A DNA stretch of 64,000 nucleotides, from assembly GCA_043228905.1 (NCBI GenBank), contig JBHGNT010000126.1:1-64000 (forward strand). The letters run 5' to 3'. The notes beneath the pieces are model-generated. The model was not told the DNA's origin and made no database searches. It worked only from the letters and a program-made list of their open reading frames with translations. Of this stretch, positions 38,081 to 50,600 are shown piece after piece (the first letter of the stretch is position 1; the number at the start of each line of letters is the position of its first letter). The DNA comes from Azolla caroliniana. Taxonomy: Eukaryota; Plantae; Polypodiophyta. A program made the translations under genes and the position numbers.

Positions 38081-40437
38081 TGTAAAGAATCAAGAGATGG
38101 ATTTTGTGCAGCGGAATAGATATGAACTGTGTGTGAGAGAGAGAGAGTGTGTGTGTGTGTGTGTGAGAGAGACAAGGAGTAAGACACAGAGAATACGCAA
38201 GATAAAGTATATTAACAAAGGAGAAAGACTCAACATTATACAAGGTGGGAGGAGGGTGCTTTATATAGTCACCCTCTCTCTTCATTAACTACAAGACTCA
38301 TGGAGCATGGGGAATGTGAAAGCTCATAAGTTATGTGTTATAGAATATAATTCTATGACTTATACTAAATGCTAGAATACAAAGTGGTGACATAATGGTG
38401 ACTCTTGACCGTTGGAGTGTCTATTCACTCTCAAGGTGAGTTCACACACTAGACCAAGTTGAGCTTGATTCTCAACATGCCCCCTCAAGCTCAAGTCGGG
38501 TCGGTTTCAGACGGTATCCGAAATCCACTTCGACTCGCGTTCCGGAGTCCGCGTCGACTTGTATTTATGCGGAGTTGCGGAATCCGTGCTCCAACTTGTG
38601 TTGTGCGTACTTGCGAAGTCTGTGCTTCGGCTTTGCGTCTTCCTTCGCGACTTTGCGCGGTAGATCGGCTCTTCGCGGATTCGTTGCGCGGTTGCGGAAT
38701 CCACGTGTTATTGCGTAGTGTCTTCAGTACTCCCCCTCAAGCTTGCCAGGTCAGGGGTCGTCAATTTGAGATCGGTCATGAATTGACATAGCTTGTCGGC
38801 GGCTCCTAAGGCTTTAGTGAAGATGTCGGTTGTTTGAAGATTGATGCTAATGTGTTGTTGGTCGACATCGCCAGCTAGAACGCGCTCTCGGATGAAGTGA
38901 TAGTGCACTTCGATGTGCTTTGTCAACGTGTGGAACACCGGGTTCCGAGCCAGATAGATACTGCTCATGTTGTCGCAGTAAAGGGAAGTCAGATCCTTGA
39001 TGGGTACACCCAGATCCTTGAGTATCCTTTTGAGCCATGCGGCCACTGCCGCACCCCTGTATTCCGCCTCTGTGCTCGAAAGAGCGACGGTTGGTTGTTT
39101 TTTGCTACTCCAGGATATTGCTCCGTTGCCGAGGGAAAAAATAAATCCGGAGGTTGATATATTCCTCGTTGGCTTCCGTTTTGCGGCCGAAATTGGGAGT
39201 TGTTATTGTAGGTCAGACCTCGTCTACCTTGTCCTTGGTCGAATCGGCCTCTCGCTCGTCCGCGTCCTCTTCCTCCGTTTGAGTGCGTGTAGAGCATGTG
39301 GCCTTCCGACTCATTGCTCCTTGTACGCACGTGGTTTTCTTCGACCAATAACATTGATTGGAGCTCGAAGAAGGAGGGAGATTTCTCCCTTGCTAGAACG
39401 ACGGTTCACATCGCGCCGAACCGTGGTGCGAGGCCGCTGAGGCATATTTGCACCATCTCATCATCATTGATATTTACGCTTATCGAGTCAAGCGAGTCAC
39501 AAAGCTCCTTGATCTTCAAGGTGTATGTCGTGATGGACATGTCCCTTTGTTGAATGTTGTTCAACTCTTGGCGGAGTTGAAGCCTTCTTGCAGTTGTGTT
39601 CGCCGCAAAAATCTTTCGTAGATTTTCCCATGCCTCCTTCGGCGTCTTGGCTTCGCGAATGTAGCCGAGCATGTGATCGTGAACACATGTCGCCAAGCAA
39701 TACATCACGCGGCTTGCGGCTTGCCCCCATGTCGCGTATCTGGGAGCCATTTCGACGGGTCGGTATTCGTGCACTCCTTTGATGTAGCTCCAATAGCCTT
39801 GTCCGACAAGGTATTGTATTGGTGCATCTTGTACTCCCAAGATGCGAAGTTGTTTCAATCCAACTTCTCGGTAGGGAGAACACTCCCCATTCGAGTATTC
39901 ATTATGTCGATTCTTCTTCTCTCTTCAAATGCGAGCTATGTAGCGATGCTACGATAGCGATGAGCCGGTTCTTGGTCGTCGGTGTAGGACACAACACACG
40001 CGGATGGGCTAGATTGAGCTACCAAGTCGCTTTGATACCATGTAAAGAATCAAGAGATGGATTTTGTGCAGCGGAATAGATATGAACTGTGTGTGTGAGA
40101 GAGAGAGAGAGTGTGTGTGTGTGTGTGAGAGACAAGGAGTAAGACACAGAGAATACGCAAGGTAAAGTATATTAACAAAGGAGAAAGACTCATTATTATA
40201 CAAGGTGGGAGGAGGGTGCTTTATATAGTCACCCTCTCTCTTCATTAACTACAAGACTCATGGAGCATGGGGAATGTGAAAGCTCATAAGTTATGTGTCA
40301 TAGAATATGATTCTATGACTTATACTAAATGCTAGAATACAAAGTGGTGACATAATGGTGACTCTTGACCGTTGGAGTGTCTATTCACTCTCAAGGTGAG
40401 TTCACACACTAGACCAAGTTGAGCTTGATTCTCAACA
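38081..40437 (-). mobile_element. Ty1/Copia LTR retrotransposon, internally deleted, 2357 bp
   Basis: 397-bp LTRs at 38081-38477 and 40041-40437 (TG...CA), 5-bp TSD ATTAC, tRNA-iMet PBS TGGTATCAAAGC (40040-40029) and PPT TTGAGGGGGCA next to the 3' LTR. A frameshifted gag ('EAKTPKEAWENLRKIFAANTTARRLQLRQELNNIQQ') runs directly into RNase H ('GAISWSSKKQPTVALSSTEAEY', 'LYCDNMSSIYLARNPVFHTLTKHIEVHYHFIRE', 'DIFTKAL'). Confidence 0.97.
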
Positions 40438-41176
40438 ATTACAAATGGAGGTTTTAGCGACATCGAGGTTGTTGAGGTGGGAAGGTAAACTTCTTAACCT
40501 TCAATTAAACTAGATAGCTAGATTCGGTTTGGTAATAGTCAATAATGTTATGTTGGTGTTACAAAGAAGATTAATGGCCTTTCGAACAACAAGATTAACA
40601 TTTCATATTCTAAGGAAGTTATACCTTTATTTGGGAAAAGTTGGAAGGATGATTATTGTTGTATGAACCAATTTTTTATTTAGATGGTGGACCTCATGAG
40701 CTTTATTGAACATTTGATGGAAATAGGAGATTGATAGTAATATCAACAAATGATGTTAATCCAAAGTTGATTGACACATACGAGTGGATGGAAGAAAGGG
40801 TATTAAAGATATAGGGTTTTTGTAAGACCATTACTTGGTGGTTTCATGTGATGAAGGCAAGTTGGTGTTCTTAATTGATGCTACGAGTTAACATATTTAT
40901 TTGGAGAGTTATGGTAGGACTTCTTTTTGTGACAGGGCAATTGTCCAGGCTCGGGAGGGAATCATGAAATCTCAACCATGAAGAGAGAGAAATTTGCAAG
41001 GTCAGATATTTCATGATGAGTTCGTAGTGGTAGTAATAGTAGTATTTAGATCCCTAGAAGGGTTTTCTAACTTCTATATGTACATAGATACTTCTGTGTT
41101 GTAAGTTATGGTGGTGGTGTTTCTTCTTTCATAATTAAAGCCATTATTTACGAAAAAAGGAAAGAGAGACGGCAAA

Positions 41177-41207
41177 AGAAGAAGAAGAAGAAGAAGAAGA
41201 AGAAGAA
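41177..41207. repeat. (GAA)n microsatellite upstream of the UBA2-like gene
   Basis: About ten GAA units. TAGGGTTT telo-boxes follow at ~41336 and ~41416. Confidence 0.85.
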
Positions 41208-41572
41208 GAGATGCGATTTCCCGCCCAAACCATATGTGAAAAATAAAAAACAAAATTATATGTATATCATATATGTACTTAAATAAATACACATAATAAA
41301 ACTGTGTTATAAAAAAAGAGAAGATTTTACGCTGTAGGGTTTCGCCGCGAGAACAGAACGCACAGAAAGAGCGAGAAGATATAGACGGAAGGGCAGGAGA
41401 AGAGAAGAAGCTAGCTAGGGTTTCTTAGATAACTGGGTACTCAGAAAGAGCTACATAGACAAGAGACAGGTACAGAGAACAGAGCACAAGAGAAACACCT
41501 AGAGAGAAACAAGAGGAAAGAAAATTGCGCACGTTCTAGAGATAGGGAGAGAGAGAGAGAGAGAGAGAAGAT

Positions 41573-43793
41573 ATGGTGATGGATCCTTTAACCAGCCCGT
41601 TAGATACCAAGAAACGAAAGCTCGAAGAGAACAATAACAGCAATGGAGCGATGCCGACTATACTTCCTTGCGAACCTACCCTAACTACAGAGGAATCACC
41701 AACTTGTGCAGACAACCTGACCGACAATCATAACGTTGTTGATGCCAGGATCCCATCATACTTATCCCGCCCTGATGTCCGCCTTATGGTTGACCTTTTG
41801 TCCAAGGAAGACCTTGCCCATCTTCTTGTTGAAGCTTCCCTTCTACACCTCGATGTCCTTGATGGCGTTCGGGAGCTCGCTGACCGTGATCCTGCCCATC
41901 GTAAGATATTTGTCCGTGGCCTTGGGTGGGAAACCGACACTGTTAGCCTCCGAGACACATTCTCTGAGTTTGGTGAGCTTGAAGAAGCCATTGCCATCAT
42001 GGATCGCAACACGGGTACGTGTTATTTTATGAGCAAACTACCTTCTTTATTTATCATGCTTGGAAAATTAGAAATTGTTCAGGATGACCATGAGTTACAT
42101 GTTTTTCTTTAAGTTATTGTTCAATTAACATCAGGAAAATTTGAAATTTTTATAGGAATTTACTAGAAAACTGTATGTACTTTCTTGCACATTTCATGGG
42201 AATACCCAAAAAAATTGCATATTTCTAACAAAATTTGTTTCTTTCTGCATGAGATAATAGGAAATTATTTGCGTATATCTATTTAGGCATGCATACATCC
42301 ATCCTAACGTATACATACATACGTAAAGATATATGTTGGTGACTTATGCATTAAGCAATCACATGGTGGGGAAGAATATCACAATTTTCTGGGATTTTTA
42401 AATTTTTTTTTTATAAATTCTTATGGCTTGTCTCTTTTATACATATAATAAAAGGAAATGGGAAATCATCACAATACATGTTTTAGAGTATTTGTGCATT
42501 CTGATCAGTTTTTTTATTATTTCTAAATGAAGAGATCTTAATTTTTCAGCCACTACCAAAGATTTAGCGGAACTTATCAGATGTATGACATAGACTTCCT
42601 TAATGCTGGAAATAGTTTGAAATTATGAAGAAATACCATATAGGCGTAGGCATTTATTAAAGTCATGAAATAACCAAAAAAATTTGAAAAAATACCCCAA
42701 ATTAGAGGAAATCGTAATGAGATTTTTGTATTTTTATTGAACACTTATTAGTGCCGAAGTGAATGAGACTGTCTTTTTGCCAGGTAAGAGTCGAGGATAT
42801 GGCTTTGTAACTTTTAAACACATTGATGGTGCAATTAATGCACTCAAAGAACCAAGCAAACGCATTGATGGGCGAATCAGTGTATGCCAACTTGCTACCC
42901 AAGGCTCCAGTGGGTCATCTCAGCCTCCACAAGACTTAGCAACAAGAAAAATCTATGTGGGTAATGTTCCTTTGGACTGGCCAGTGGATGAACTTTTGAG
43001 CATATTTGCCCAATATGGAGATATCGAGGAGGGCCCACTTGGTCTTGATAAGCAGGTGGGTAAAGTGAGAGGGTTTGCTCTCTTTATCTACAAATCATCT
43101 GAGTCGGCAAAAAGAGCTCTTGAGGAGCCTGTGAAGACTGTCAACGGGCATCAGCTTTTTTGCAAGCTTGCGATTGAAGGTGCAAAACAGAGGGCAGCCA
43201 TTCAGCATAGTGGTGGACAACCTGAGATGAGTGAGCTAGCCAATACAGGCGGCCACCCATATGGTCAATATGCTGCGGGTCCTTCTCAAAGCATGATGGC
43301 AGCACAAGGAATTCCATACAACCAAAATACTGATCCGGGAATGCATGCTGGATTGAGCCAGAGCCAGAGTGTGAACCCTAATGTGGTTATGCCAATGCAG
43401 TGCCGACCTATAGGGAGTAATTCATCCATGCCTTCAGCCATGAATAATGTTCCTCATCACTGGCAAGCCGGGGCTAATACTACTCTGCAAAAGGGAGCTC
43501 CTATAGGGATGACACCACATGATCCATATGGTCAGCAGCAAACGATGTCTTATCCAGGGATGTATGCGAGTGTAGGAACTCCATTATCATCATATAATCC
43601 AGGATCGGTTGTATCAATGGGTTCTCAGACTCCAGTTGTTCAAGGACAGTATGGCATGCCTTCTTATCAAAGCCAACATCTATCGGGGCCTTACCAGAAT
43701 ACACAAACTCAGCAGCAGGATGCAATAGCATCATCTGGGCCTCGAGTCCCACAGATAGGAGGAGTTCCGTCAATACCCTATTATGGAATGTAA
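41573..43793 (+). CDS. UBA2: UBP1-associated protein 2 (UBA2)-like hnRNP with two RRMs, ~483 aa
   Basis: Exons 41573-42014 and 42784-43793 (phase-1 GT-AG intron). 'KKRK' NLS, RRM1 'ADRDPAHRKIFVRGLGWET...GKSRGYGFVTFKH', RRM2 'RKIYVGNVP...GDIEEGPLGLDKQVGKVRGFALFIYKS', and a G/Q/P/Y-rich tail. These are the UBA2-family hallmarks. Confidence 0.93.
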
Positions 43794-46700
43794 ACATGTC
43801 TTTAAAAGCAGGTATGCATAATTCTTTCGCTTTTTTCTTCCATGGGTTTTAGCTTTTATGTTCTGGGTTTTAATAATTTCTCAGTCTGTTTTTAGTTAAC
43901 ATTTGTCCGATTCTGAAAATTGTGTTTGAATTCATTTGAGCAATAGTCTAAGTTATGTTTTCTTATATATGCTTATAGTCTTTTGAACTCCAGCTCAGTT
44001 TGTTTTCCTTGATCTATTAGTCAATTGTGCATTTGGTGTCCTTTTTACACTGTTTCTTAACTACCTTGTAACCTTGTTGATGATGTCTCTGTTTTCTCAG
44101 TGCAACTGTTTTTGTGTGTCAAATCAATTCCAGGATAAGTTGGTCTTAGGGAAGCTGTATTATATTGAGAATCCTATGGGCCATCTTTCAAGCTACATGG
44201 GGAGGTTGTTTTGTTTTGGATCAGACAAGTTCTTTTGAAGACCAGGACGAAGTTTGTTGTGGTTATACTCCTTGTTTTGAAAAAAAAGATGATTTGAATT
44301 GGGCCACTTTCAGCTTTATGTCTCTTTTTTCTATATGTAGGAATTTTGATGGATTTTATATTTGCTGAACATGATGCTCTGTTGAGAGTGCATTCAAAGT
44401 TCTGCTTTAGTTAATGTCAAGATTGAGAATATTGTTTAGCCTCTCAATTGTATTGAAATTCTGTTTATGCTGTCCGATGTTGAGAATGCATATGTTGTGC
44501 TGATATAGTTCCTGACAAGATTGAGAATGTTGTCTTACATCTCAACTCTATTATAATTCTGTTTTTTGCTTCATAGGTGTGATCTGTATTGGGCCTATAG
44601 AGTCCCTGTGCTGTTTTAAGCTATGAAAAAACAAGATTGAGACTTTTGTTCTTGTTTTGTGATTCTGTTTTTTGGTTTCCTGATTTATCTGAATTGGGCT
44701 GTGTAGCATGCTATGTGTACTGTCAGTTCTTATGTTGTCCAATTAGTTTGCAAAAGCATTTTACAAATTTTACAATTCAGGCTTCTTCTTCTATATTGTT
44801 CCGTCAACACATTTTTATGAAGATGTAGCAATGATATGCTGAGTTACTATTGGAAATGTGAAGGTTTGAAGATTGATCTGTTGGGTTTGTCTAGGATGTG
44901 TAAATAAAATGTTTTTAATGATAGAAATTGAATCAAGTTCAATGCCTGATCTTAATGTTCTTTGTTGGAAGATATTTTTATTATTGGGAAACTTGTACTT
45001 ACCAGAAATATTTTTTATGGTTCATTGATAAATATTGCCAATGTAATGATTGGATATGTAAATCTTTGTTGGTGTAAATGTTCCAAAATGCAATCAACTT
45101 TTGTTTATCAATTTGTAATGCATTATCTTACTAGCACACATTTTTGGTGCCTCTGTAATCAATCAATTTGGGGAACTTCATTTGAGTATTATTATGCAGT
45201 TGCTTCTACAGGAAAGATGGAAGACTTGCTTGATCTTAGTCTTTCGACAGGACTCATGCCATTACAGAAGAATAGTTTTGAATCATGATACAAAAAAGGA
45301 AAGATGGGTGTAAGAGTCTTGAATTGTCAGGTATGAAAGCGGATGATACGCCTGTATGATGTGAAACCAGCATATATCCTCAACCTAAGGATTTTGGAAT
45401 GACAGTTGAACATTTGATATGCTCATGTGGCTGATGTGAAGAAAGCAAACCATATTTTGCTTAAAACAATTTTTTGAGCAGTCTAATTCTTCTCATATAT
45501 GGCTAAATGGTTGTGTAATTATGTAGTGGTTGAATAATTTGTAATAATATGTTGGTGGGGGCCAGTTAATTGTTGACGTCCACAAGTGGAATTATTTATT
45601 TTTATTTGCCAAGCTGGGGAAAATCCTATTTATTAGGTCAAATGTATTTGGACGCGTGATTCCTTCTCTCAACAATTTTGATTGCATTTCCTCTCCTCGT
45701 GCAGCCCTCAAATCTTGATACTAGGCTTATTGATGTCACAATATCAAGAGTTCATGACGATTTCATCCTTTGTATATGTGAAAAATCTTTTGTGGAACTG
45801 CATCTGTTACTAATACGAACCACAGTTAGCTAACAGCTAAGGCCATTGGCTATAGGTATAATTTGACGACTTCTGCCTTTGTACATTATGAAATTTGTAC
45901 TTTCTTTAACATTTTCTAGACATTCTTTAATGACGTAGTGTGTTTCCTGTATAAAGTTTCAATAGCAATCATGTCTCAAAAGCAAGTGGATAAAAAATAG
46001 ATCTAGATTGATTACGAAATCTGAAACCTTACTGCATTAGTAGATTTAGTGTCCATTGTGATTAAGATACTTGAGTGTGCTTCTTAGCTATTTGTCTTCA
46101 ATTTAATTACATGGACGCATAGTTGTTTTGTATGGTTATTTTGGTAGAATTTGATGAAGAAAAGGTATGTTGATATAGATGAAAGTTTGTGCACTTGTCA
46201 AATTCGATTGAAATTGTTTTTTTTGCAATAAAGTATTGAAAAGCTCTCAAGCTTGAACTATCAACCTACTTTTCATGCTTGCATGTACCGTCACATGTTA
46301 AGGGTCATCCTTTTTCCCTACAATCATGACATTGAATACTAGAATCATAAATTTCTAAGAGAACATTTGTAACTTAGCAATTGGAACATTGTGAAACATT
46401 AGACAATTTCTATCTTGGGTGACTATGATATAACCACCAACTTTTCATTTGATCAAATAATTCATGACTTGATTGCAACATATGTCCAAATTCTAGTTTA
46501 ACAACCACCCTATCGAAGCAATGGTATGTCATAAACTTTTCATACATTGTCAAGTGGAATATTTCACTTGCAACATTTGTTAAGGTTTGACCATGAGTAT
46601 AATATCATTGACTAATGAGGAACATGCCATAGGAGACCCATGATTTGGGTGACAATAAATCATGTCATTGTCAATTGCATCATGATGACTTTCAATGACC

Positions 46701-46957
46701 ATGGCGTGGCTATGGTTTTTGCGCCCCTTGGGGATATGATCAACATTGAGTGATCATGTGTCCATGGGGTCATTGTTTCCGTGCCCAAAATCTATTGTCA
46801 CGGACATTGATGATTAACCGAGTTGAACTCCATAGGGGATGGTGGGTGGACATCACCCACACACTTGGTCTTGTTAGCTACCCATCCAAAATCCTCACGC
46901 TTTGAGCGAGCCCTTTGAATGAGCATAGTCATTTACGAATACCATTGATCAGTTGCT

Positions 46958-47077
46958 CTTTTGATGTAGTTGGATGTGAGCAAACACAAATTAACCACTC
47001 ATATGTGTTTGATGACACATGGGGGTTTCTTGAGCACATACATCTTTGTGTTTGCTCACATCCAATGGCATCAAGAG
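46958..47077. other. Long stem-loop (candidate MIRNA precursor or small foldback element)
   Basis: TTGGATGTGAGCAAACACAAA (46970-46990) is the exact reverse complement of TTTGTGTTTGCTCACATCCAA (47045-47065). The stem extends ~12 bp further with G:U pairs and one mismatch. Confidence 0.6.
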
Positions 47078-47686
47078 GAACAAGGCATGGTTGATTGATG
47101 GCAATGGCAAGCGACAATGATCACTTGGAACACGAGAATATAGACGGGCAAGGCGGATGGCAAAAGATCAAACGTCGGGGTGACAAGCATGCAACATCCC
47201 CCTAGTGGAGTTAAACTTGGGAGTTCGAAGCACAATGTTTTGATTCGAACAATATGCACTTGACTATTCACGTCCACATAGGCAATGCATGAGGTGTGTG
47301 TGGCCGGGTGCTACGCCAAGTTACCCGTAAGGCGCCAGACCTGGAGCAAGGGAATGAATTGTGACATGAGGCCAGAGGAAGGCCACTTACATACTTTGCT
47401 TGTTGCCTTGTAACATGGTGCGTGTGTTTGTTTGTGCTGTTTTTTTATTTCTAAATTTTAGTTTTGGGTTCTTATTTTTTGGTTTTTGTCTTTGGCTTTT
47501 CTTTCTTCTGCGTTTCTCTTCCATAGCTCTCTCTCGCTCGCTCTCTCGCTGCGCGCAGGTTTCTTGCTCCGCGATCTGCACCCACCGAATACATCGAAGG
47601 ACGGAAAATAGAAGAACAGAACAGGTCACGAGAGCGTCCGTACGAACGAACAGTAAATAAATCGGACGTTTTCTTTTTTAGAATCC

Positions 47687-50600
47687 ATGGCCTCGAATTC
47701 CAGAGAAGAAGAAGGAGCTAGCTCTTCTGCAGAGACGCCAAAGTTTGATCCTGCAGAATCTGTTAGCAGAGAGTGGCCTTCTTTGGAGACGATTGCTTCT
47801 TCTGCCTCTACGTCTCCCGCGTGGAATACTGAAGATGATGATGAATCTGGATCATGTGTCCCCGGTAAGCATCTTCGCTTTCTTCTCATTTCCTTTTGTC
47901 TGTAGGATGTTTTTTCTTTCCACAGTAAATTTTCATTTTTAGGGCTTCTGAATCTTCGCATGGTTCTGCATAGTAGATGCTTAAACCGCTTGTGAGAGGA
48001 GACTTTAGGCCTGGTTGATATCGAAAGACAGGAATTAATTTTTTGCAGATATGGCCAGAAACCATCGTGTTGAATTATTTTAGACTTTCCGACTCTTCTC
48101 ACTGTGCTTTAAAGTGTATGTATTTGGAGACTTATGCCTGTTTCGAGTGGAATGCTTGGATGAAAACCTGTTTTGATGTGGTGCAAATCACTGTTTGCAA
48201 GGACTGTTGAGGTTGGATGGAAACAATTTCAGCTGATGTTGTACAAAATCACTAGTCACAAGAAAGTAAGAAGAACAATTCTTGGCAGGTCCACTGAGGG
48301 TGCAGAAAAACAAGCTCAACCGGTGTAGTATAAAATCATTTGTTGCAAGAAAAGTGTGGCAGACATTTTGTTTTGTCTACAGATGTGAGACAAATTTTGT
48401 TGTCGCAAGTAAAGTAGGACATCCAACTTCTTGTGCTGCCTATTGAGGTGGGAAAGTGACATATCAGATGATGTAGCACAAAAAAGTTAGTTGCAAGAAA
48501 TGTGAGGCAAACAACCTTTGTATGGCTAGTTGAGGTTGGACAAGAAAAACATCGTCAAACAAGCAACAGAAGTGCAGACTCGGATCAAACCTAAGCGTCC
48601 CCGATTAATAGCTATGGCTATTTTGCAAAGCACTCCGATGTTCTTTTGTAACTTTGGCTTTGTGTGAGTCTGAATTGCCTGTCAGTGGTAATGGTGTATT
48701 TGACACGCATTGTTTGGAAAATATATCTTCTACTAAGCAGACAAGTCTCCTTCTCATACGTGATATCTTGTTTGAAAAATTTCCAACCATGAATTAAAGA
48801 TTCAATTGTCATTGTGATGAACGAGGGCAAATTTCCTGTAAGTACTTTAATTCAAGGCAGGAGGCATGGTTTCTCTTTTAATTCGATAGAAATGTACACC
48901 GTGCTCCTCGATTGTTAGTGGCATATGGCTTACTAGGTATGAGTTGACACAATAAAAGAGAAAGAAGAAGAAGAAATGGGTACACCAAGGTGACTATGTG
49001 AGGCAGTGGATGGTCTTGCCCTTGAAAGGAACTGAAAGGCAGTAAAAGTGAAAACTGAGGTCTTAACTCTTACATCCCATTGATCAACACATTCTACACT
49101 CTAGGATAGAGAAAAACTGTAAAATAACAGAATATATGGTACCTCCTAATTTCCAAGCGTGTTTATTACTCAAGCTTTGTCACAGTTTGCATTAATTGTA
49201 ACATTTCCAAATGTAATAACCTCATTCACATGTCCTTGTAGATTTCATGGATTAGGCATTTATCCTAAATAATTCTGCAAATTAATGCAAATTATAATAG
49301 CCATATTGTATATTTCTGGCCCTAATTATCCTTAATTGCACTTGATTCAAGATAATTGTCACAAGCTGTGTTTAAATGCTGGTATAGTAAGAGCTGTTTG
49401 TGGGGTTCTGCACATGTAAGATCTCCAGATAATCCGAGGAGTGGGACATTCAATTGAGATCTATAATCAGAAGCTTGAATGTTATCCTAACCATCAATGA
49501 GAATCTCTACCAAGCTAGATATTTCACAGAAAAATTTAAAATTTTCCTTTTTTATAGTGCAAGGCTACATCATCACAAGAAAGCCATATATCATTTACTT
49601 ATCTGCAATATCTAAGAGAGGAAAATTTCATTGGTTTGGGTACATGATTATATTGTCAAACAATTGAGATACTATGAAGTATGAAGCCATTCATTCTCTG
49701 TTAATTTAGTTCACCTTATGGCTTGTTTAGATCACTGATGATTCAGTAGGCATCTCTTCCCTTTGATGATCTTCAATCTAGGGTGTCCTCTATAACTTAA
49801 TACAGGCTTGATTATCTACCATTTTGAGTTGGAATCTTACAAAATAGACAAATATGAGTAAAAGCCATTGTGAACTATTTACAATATTTATCTCTTAACT
49901 TTGAATTTTAATTTTGTTTCAATTATTCCTTCCATGACGTCATTTTTGTGTTAAATTCTTTGTTAGGAACAAGACCGTCAGATTTATATGGAAAATTTAC
50001 GTGGAAGATCGAGAATTTTTCACAAATAAACAAAAGGGAGCTTCGAAGTAATTTATTTGAAGTTGGTAGCTACAAATGGTAAATATGAATGTAAATTTCT
50101 AAGAATTTGATAATAGTGATGCCTATATAGGAGAGTCATGCTTGAGAAAGGTATGCAAATTTTGAATGTTGCGGCTGTCTGAATATATCAAATATAACAT
50201 TATCTTAGGTCTAGTCTATGACATCTGAATATATCAAGCATAGCATTATTGGCAGTATAATGGAAGGATTTAAATTTTGATGATTATCAAACAAAGGTTG
50301 TTCTTTCCTGGTTTTGCACTAGTTTATACATTATATTCTATGTATAAAAGCATCAATTTACTTCGTTTATGCAGGTATATTCTTGTGTATCCCCAAGGTT
50401 GCGACGTTTGTAATCATTTGTCCCTCTTTCTCTGTGTTGCTGATTATGACAAACTGCTACCTGGTATGAGTGAACCTATGCACATTTTAGATGCTTTGCC
50501 AATTCTTGAGACTGACGCAAAATTTAACATATCTGTGTAGGCTGGAGTCATTTTGCACAATTTACTATTGCTGTTGTTAATAAAGACCCGAAAAAGTCCA

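Larger units (their letters stand above)
34800..41050 (+). mobile_element. Decayed L1-like LINE ORF2 interrupted by two LTR elements
   Basis: Broken peptides appear in LINE order: 'IGYPIMVEV...LIEWVSKY' (~35690-35752), then insertion 1, then 'EDKFIYWRSQFWP..LKVVQSI', 'DHACTPKYIGRASLFNF' (cf. 'W..VC.PK..GGLG..N') and 'FTFIRFMFEGVQPWMEM...PMIT', then insertion 2, with continuation after 40442. The outer boundaries are approximate. Confidence 0.65.

Noticed and set aside
38459-40245. Plus-strand and LTR-derived ORFs in the Copia element
   Set aside because: They are antisense or LTR read-through frames in GC-rich TE sequence with no recognisable products.
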